From NCBI GenBank assembly GCA_965279375.1, contig OZ257156.1, positions 1,216,001-1,280,000 on the forward strand: a DNA stretch of 64,000 bases. The letters run 5' to 3'. Shown here piece after piece: positions 59,233 through 64,000 of this stretch. The position numbers were made by a program, and so were the translations under genes. Within the stretch, counting starts at the first letter, position 1, and each line of letters begins with the position of its first letter. The notes under the pieces are model-generated. The model was not told where the DNA came from and ran no database searches. It worked only from the letters and a program-made list of their open reading frames with translations. This stretch comes from Gemmatimonas sp. (lineage in GTDB: Bacteria; Gemmatimonadota; Gemmatimonadetes; Gemmatimonadales; Gemmatimonadaceae).

Positions 59233-60108
59233 ATGACCACGCCGTCGATCTTCATGAGTCACAGCTCTCGAGACAAGTTCTTTGTCCGCGAGCTTGCAAC
59301 CCGACTTGAGCAAGCCGGTGTTCGCGTCTGGCTGGACGAGGCGGAGATGAACATCGGCGATTCGTTGACGCAAAAGATTGGGGATGCCATTCTCCGGACA
59401 GACTTCGTTGCAGCAGTGCTTTCTCACAACTCGATCGCCTCTGAGTGGGTGCAGCGAGAGCTTCAGGTCGCGCTCCAGAAGGAATTCTCGGGCAAGCGTG
59501 TGGTTGTGCTGCCTATCCTGCTAGAACCAGTAGCAATTCCGCCATTCCTAGCAGACAAGCTCTACGCGGATTTCACCACGCCGGACAAGGCCGAGAGCGG
59601 CATCAAGAGTATTCTCCGTGCGGTTGGAGTATCAGCTGAGGTGCAGCGAACAGTACCGCAGCCAGTAGCCTCTCCGGCAGCGCCGTTGAAGCTGTCAGAG
59701 GCGGAACGGAGACTGGCTCTCTTTGAGGACCTTCGTATCGTTGGACTAGACGAAGAGAGATCCTTCAAACCGAATCCGCAGAAGGCGCTCTATCACATGT
59801 ACCTCCAGCTGTCAGGCCAACCAGCGTCAGAGTGGCAGCAGATATTCGACGCCGAGCGGCGGTTTCCACGCCACTCGATGTGGCGTCGCGCTTGGATCGA
59901 AGGTGCCTTTGTCATCGTCCATTGCGTACCGGACGAACTCGAAAGGCATCACTTGGAAGACCTGAAGGAGGACGTTCGAAACGCCAACGTGAAGTTCCGT
60001 GAGTACCTCACCGAACAGGCTCGCCGTCAGGCAATCGAACGCGAGAAGGGGCAAAGGGAGCAGAATAGCATCCGGGATCTCAAGGGTCGCCTAGACTTCG
60101 ATAGGTGA
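59233..60108 (+). CDS. Cassette: TIR domain protein with unrecognised C-terminal domain
   Basis: IFMSHSSRDK, VWLDE..IGDS, SEWVQREL (catalytic Glu), LPILL, YADF. Confidence 0.9.
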   Translation: MTTPSIFMSHSSRDKFFVRELATRLEQAGVRVWLDEAEMNIGDSLTQKIGDAILRTDFVAAVLSHNSIASEWVQRELQVALQKEFSGKRVVVLPILLEPVAIPPFLADKLYADFTTPDKAESGIKSILRAVGVSAEVQRTVPQPVASPAAPLKLSEAERRLALFEDLRIVGLDEERSFKPNPQKALYHMYLQLSGQPASEWQQIFDAERRFPRHSMWRRAWIEGAFVIVHCVPDELERHHLEDLKEDVRNANVKFREYLTEQARRQAIEREKGQREQNSIRDLKGRLDFDR

Positions 60109-60126
60109 CGATCTGCGTGGGGCGCT

Positions 60127-60239
60127 GGCTAACCTTGCGTTGCGCTTGACAGGGCCTTCAAAGATTGCGGCCAATTGCTCGCTGCGCTCGCTGGCCGCAA
60201 CTTGTTGAAGGGCCCTGCAAGCGAACGCAATCGTTAGGC
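60127..60239 (+). repeat. attC site
   Basis: GGCTAAC...GTTAGGC. Confidence 0.92.
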
Positions 60240-60579
60240 GGACTACTGGCCACGCGAACCCCGCGCGCTCCCGCTTCCAAAGAGCCGAATGTCGTGGGTG
60301 TCATCTCCTCGCTCCGCATGCACAAGCGCGTTTTTGCGGGATGCAGTGCCTCCCCCGTGGGAACGACGCGCATCGGTCAGCGATCACCTCAGCCACCTCG
60401 GGGCGCTGGTTCCTCGGGGCCCGAACGGCCGAGACCGTCCGAGCCGGTATCCCCAATCGTAGGGGTACATTTTGCGGATACTAGCGGCTCTCGAAGCCCT
60501 TCGAGTTCGCGCCGGCAGAACTAGGGGAAGCGAGAAGAACCTGCCGATCGGTACGTCAGAGATCAGACGAATGTTCCCA

Positions 60580-60608
60580 TTGCGGTAACAAGACCACTTG
60601 TGTATAAT
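60580..60608 (+). promoter_or_regulatory. Sigma70-type promoter of the higB operon, with spacer palindrome
   Basis: TTGCGG-17 nt-TATAAT; ACAAG-acca-CTTGT inverted repeat in the spacer. Confidence 0.7.
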
Positions 60609-60668
60609 ACCGAATCGGTAAAGCACAAGGTGTTCGAATGCCCGTCGAAATCGGATTGGTACCCATAG

Positions 60669-60956
60669 ATGGACGTCGTAGGACTGAATCACGTACACGA
60701 CTTCGTAAAACGGCACCCTGAGTGCCGGCAGGAGCTGTCCGAACTCATTAGGGAGCTCGAGGACTCGACGTTCGCGACACCGCACGCCCTGTCCGCGCGA
60801 TATCCATCGTGCAAGATCTTGGATGGGCGGACGATCGTCTTCAAGGTTCGGGGCAACAAGTATCGACTAAGCGCGAAGATCGCGTATAACACACAGAAGG
60901 TGCTCATCCAGGCGGTAGAAACTCACGCCGAATATGACCGACGCACCCTTCGTTAG
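60669..60956 (+). CDS. higB: Cassette: HigB toxin
   Basis: VFKVRGNKYRL, THAEYDR. Confidence 0.88.
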   Translation: MDVVGLNHVHDFVKRHPECRQELSELIRELEDSTFATPHALSARYPSCKILDGRTIVFKVRGNKYRLSAKIAYNTQKVLIQAVETHAEYDRRTLR

Positions 60957-60968
60957 AGAATTTCAGAA

Positions 60969-62219
60969 ATGATTTCCGTCATCAAGACAACAGCGCATCA
61001 TCGAGAGATTCTCGAGCGAGTCAGCGCGCTCATCGATCTCGATCCAATTCCAGATTCGGCGGAGGGGAAGGAACTGGAGATACTCACGGTGCTGCTTAAG
61101 GACTACGAAAGCAGAGAGTATCCGATCGCGCCGCCGAGTCCACTCGCAGCGATTCGCCTGCGGATGGATCAGATGGAGCTTTCGCCGAAGGACCTAATTC
61201 CGTTCTTGGGAGCGCGCAGTCGCGTCAGCGAAGTACTGGCGGGAAAACGGCCACTCTCCTTGGCAATGATTCGAGCACTCCACGAGGGGCTTCGGATTCC
61301 GCTTGAATCCCTAGTCGCGGATTCTACTGATGACGAGCCTGTTGAGGAGATTCCTTGGGATCGGTTTCCGGTTCGGGAGTTGCTGAATCGTGGATGGATG
61401 GAAGACTTCGCCGCGCCAAAAAGAAAGCGACTTGTCTTTTCTGATTTCAAGCAGGCTATGGAGGGCTATTTCCGTCCAATTGGCGGTCTCACTACCGCTC
61501 TCGGCGTTCTCCATAAAACGGATCATGTTCGCACTTCAGCTGCTTCTGATCGGTTTGCGCTGGCGGCTTGGGCTGGGCACGTCTGCAAATCGGCTCAAAT
61601 GATCAAGCTCAAGACAGCTTTCGATCCAGGTGCGTGGGGGCCAGATCAATTTCGCGAACTTCGTAGTCTAAGCCAGTATGACGTAGGGCCTCGGTTGGCC
61701 GAGCAGTTCCTTCGTGATCGTGGAATCGCGGTTGTGATCGCTCCGCACCTAAAACGCACTCGATTGGATGGCGCTGCGATGAGGAGAGGCGATGGTGCAC
61801 CAGTTATAGCGCTAACGCTACGACATGACCGCGTCGACAACTTTTGGTTTACGCTCTTTCACGAGTTGATGCACGTTCTGCTCCATTTGTCGGGAGATAA
61901 GATTTCAAGCGCGCAGCAGACAGTTTTCATTGACGATCTCGAAGTGAGCGCAGACATGTCCGAATTCGAGAGAGAAGCTGATGATGCTGCACGTGAGGCC
62001 TTGGTTCCTGAAGCATTCTGGAATCGAAGTGCCGTTCGATATGCCATCGCGCCGGCAACGGTTTCTCAGCTTGCACGCGAGATTGGTGTGTCGGATTCCA
62101 TCGTAGCTGGACGAGTACGACACGAACGGCGGAATTTCCGACTTCTCTCAGGCATGGTAGGTGCTGGACAGGTACGTCGACATTTCCCCGAGGTGAAGTG
62201 GTCGGCTGACGACGAATAA
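60969..62219 (+). CDS. higA: Cassette: HigA-type HTH antitoxin fused to ImmA/IrrE metallopeptidase
   Basis: SRVSEVLAGKRPLSLAMIRALH; RHDRVDNFWFTLFHELMH. Confidence 0.85.
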   Translation: MISVIKTTAHHREILERVSALIDLDPIPDSAEGKELEILTVLLKDYESREYPIAPPSPLAAIRLRMDQMELSPKDLIPFLGARSRVSEVLAGKRPLSLAMIRALHEGLRIPLESLVADSTDDEPVEEIPWDRFPVRELLNRGWMEDFAAPKRKRLVFSDFKQAMEGYFRPIGGLTTALGVLHKTDHVRTSAASDRFALAAWAGHVCKSAQMIKLKTAFDPGAWGPDQFRELRSLSQYDVGPRLAEQFLRDRGIAVVIAPHLKRTRLDGAAMRRGDGAPVIALTLRHDRVDNFWFTLFHELMHVLLHLSGDKISSAQQTVFIDDLEVSADMSEFEREADDAAREALVPEAFWNRSAVRYAIAPATVSQLAREIGVSDSIVAGRVRHERRNFRLLSGMVGAGQVRRHFPEVKWSADDE

Positions 62220-62228
62220 GGAGCTGTC

Positions 62229-63368
62229 ATGTACGTCTGGGCGATGCGCGACAAGAGGTCGGAGTGGCAAACGGTGCGATCCTTCCGCACATCGGGGCGT
62301 CTTCCGTTCTCGTTGCTGGTTGAGGCCGTGTGCGAGCCATTCGTGTCGATTCGAGGTTCCACGATTCGGACTCCCGAAAGCGTGATGAATTCTCTGGCGC
62401 AGAACCTCGTTGCTGCGGCTGCCGCGACCAGAGTGTGGGTGGATTTCGAGAATCTCGCCTTGATTCTCAAGGATCACGAAATCGCCGAGATGATCTCGCT
62501 ACTTTCCCGAAGCCTTGGCGTAGCCGCGCGCGATGTCGTTCCCGTTTTACGCACAAGCTCCGGGCCAGACACTCGACGTGCGGTACTCACTTGGTCGCAG
62601 TTGCACGGAACAGGCATCTGCATTCGAGTGGTGGGTCTTTCTCGACTAGAGGACGCGGCAGCCTCGACACGAAACGCGATCGACGACTCCAAGCATGCGC
62701 TCTCGAAGATCGACCTCGTCACAGATGCCGGGGATCTTCCGCGGGTCGTGTCTCACGCGGAACTGCGCTCAGCGCTTCCGTTCGTGGCACTCGTACGCTC
62801 CTGGTCGCATCTCGCTGGCTCGTTTCCAAGCTCCGTAACTCACCTTAGTCCAGATGAATACGAGCATTCACTCGAGCGCTCTGAATGGAGCGTGTGGAAG
62901 GAAGACGTTCTAGACGAGAGCGAGTCAGGTCGTGCTCCTGACTATGGAGATTACGCTACGCAGTCAGCGGTGTACGGAATCTCTCCGGGGTTCGCTGGCA
63001 GTCCAACTGTTCGCTACACCACCGAAACGAGTTTCAAGGTTCTTCGTGGTCGCGGAGCGGTCTCAATTGACTTCTCGCAGTTCGTCGGACACGCGCGATT
63101 TCTACAACGTCAACCGTACTTCAGGGAACAAGTAGATACGTTGGGCGATCTTTATGTCGACCGAATCGCCACTGGTACACAAAGAACTGGCAACCTTGGC
63201 ACGTGGCGGGTGGCATCGCTTCAGCGACACGTCGTGCTCGCATCAAATCAGGCGGCAGCCTTTCAATCAATTCTTAAGCAGCGGGCGCTCGCTCTCGACT
63301 CCAAGCGTATCCCGAGCATCTCCGGTCGGCAGCTCCCGGAAGCCCAATCGCCACGACGTTCGAGCTGA
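62229..63368 (+). CDS. Cassette: beta-protein family protein
   Basis: AAGGAG RBS; N-terminal YV...K.SE, YGDYATQ, VRYT...VLRG, GD.Y, GN..W pattern. Confidence 0.65.
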   Translation: MYVWAMRDKRSEWQTVRSFRTSGRLPFSLLVEAVCEPFVSIRGSTIRTPESVMNSLAQNLVAAAAATRVWVDFENLALILKDHEIAEMISLLSRSLGVAARDVVPVLRTSSGPDTRRAVLTWSQLHGTGICIRVVGLSRLEDAAASTRNAIDDSKHALSKIDLVTDAGDLPRVVSHAELRSALPFVALVRSWSHLAGSFPSSVTHLSPDEYEHSLERSEWSVWKEDVLDESESGRAPDYGDYATQSAVYGISPGFAGSPTVRYTTETSFKVLRGRGAVSIDFSQFVGHARFLQRQPYFREQVDTLGDLYVDRIATGTQRTGNLGTWRVASLQRHVVLASNQAAAFQSILKQRALALDSKRIPSISGRQLPEAQSPRRSS

Positions 63369-63644
63369 GACAAGCACCGATCACGGCGCGGTGGTGACGG
63401 GAATTCCTGACGCACGCGTGAGGCAGAAAGTCTGCCACCAGTTGGCTCTCCAGGTGTGAGATCGCGTCGACGAAGTCGCGATATGTCAAGCGAGTTGCCA
63501 GTCATCACTCAGCACCAACGTATTCCATTCCGTGTCTCAATGACGCATGCTGGACGGCGATAATCGTTGGGCAGTCTTGCAATGAGATACGATGATCAGC
63601 GGGCGTTCGAGGGTATCGTATCCGCCAATTTGAGCGCGAAGTCC

Positions 63645-63755
63645 GCCTAACCTTGCGTTGCTGCTGACAACGGCATCACGGAGTGCCGCCTTGCTCGCTT
63701 CGCTCGCTGGCGGCATCCTGTGATATGCCGTTGCAGCAGAACGCGAGCGTTAGGC
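63645..63755 (+). repeat. attC site
   Basis: GCCTAAC...GTTAGGC. Confidence 0.92.
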
Positions 63756-63792
63756 GCCAACGCGCTCCGTCTCGAAGGACATCCCCGTGCCT

Positions 63793-64000
63793 ATGGCGCT
63801 CTCCGCAGCATTTCAACGCGCGCTCGATCTGAGTCTCGAGGACTTGCAGGCCCGAACGGATGTGATCGGCGTCCTGTTCTTTGGTTCCGCAGCTCGGGGC
63901 GAGGCGCAGGTCGGTTCGGATCTCGATCTCTATGCGATCACGCGCCAGGACCGTCGCGGCAATCTGGGGCGCACCGTCGGCACGGTCCCAGTCGAAGTGT
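63793..64000 (+). CDS. Cassette: nucleotidyltransferase (Pol beta/MNT superfamily), truncated by window end
   Basis: Manual translation MALSAAFQ...GVLFFGSAARGEAQVGSDLDL. Confidence 0.8.
   Translation, partial: MALSAAFQRALDLSLEDLQARTDVIGVLFFGSAARGEAQVGSDLDLYAITRQDRRGNLGRTVGTVPVEV

Larger units (their letters stand above)
29997..64000 (+). mobile_element. Chromosomal integron with inverted integrase and cassette array (continues past window end)
   Basis: intI followed by 28 recognisable attC repeats, each separating 1-3 ORFs. Confidence 0.95.

Noticed and set aside
42420..60524. ORFs starting in or running through attC (LTLRCGRQG..., ...RTRSLG) as a systematic protein-fusion mechanism
   Set aside because: I checked the frame from the crossover to the cassette start codon; only a few cassettes are in frame and open, about what chance gives in GC-rich palindromes
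63263..63640. Short minus-strand ORFs after the beta-protein gene as a remnant partner gene
   Set aside because: No recognisable motif; they overlap the beta gene
32091..63755. Regular repeats read as a CRISPR array or REP elements
   Set aside because: Repeats are ~110 bp with attC cores, separated by gene-sized inserts next to intI; no cas genes
1..64000. tRNA/rRNA genes, IS transposases, reverse transcriptase
   Set aside because: None recognised by eye or in the ORF track; small RNAs cannot be excluded without a covariance search

Overview
High-GC bacterial chromosome, probably Gemmatimonas-like (inferred from gene content, not verified). The window has two halves. Bases 1-29.9 kb are core genes: Uma2 endonuclease, tex, a GH3 glycosidase, a Ser/Thr kinase, tldD/pmbA, a dipeptidase, a nucleoside-type ABC transporter with Nif3, parB/parA with two parS-like sites, SIMPL, mnmG, a YheT-like hydrolase, dctA and an ArsC-like gene. 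This set suggests an origin-proximal region. Bases 30.0-64.0 kb are a large chromosomal integron that runs off the window end. intI (29997-30980, +) is transcribed towards the array, with the putative attI crossover (G/TTAGGT, 31265) downstream of its 3' end, which is the inverted arrangement. By eye I mapped 28 recognisable attC sites (108-119 bp, two sequence types), one fully decayed attC and one possible half-site. Each cassette is bounded by its own 10-15 bp inverted termini. Cargo is rich in predicted anti-phage or toxin domains (Shedu/DUF4263, PIN, HEPN, DUF262+HEPN, FRG, TIR, NDT-like, EVE-like, two TA modules, beta-protein), mixed with small membrane or secreted proteins and a class A beta-lactamase-fold protein. 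The best leads are: two paralogous ~680-bp cassettes with no recognisable protein but conserved long-range base pairing (candidate structured RNA); a three-gene block apparently fusing through attC decay; an NDT-like/UvrD-Tudor fusion; and a 3.5-kb HigB-HigA/ImmA-beta cassette. All domain calls come from motif recognition only; no searches were run.
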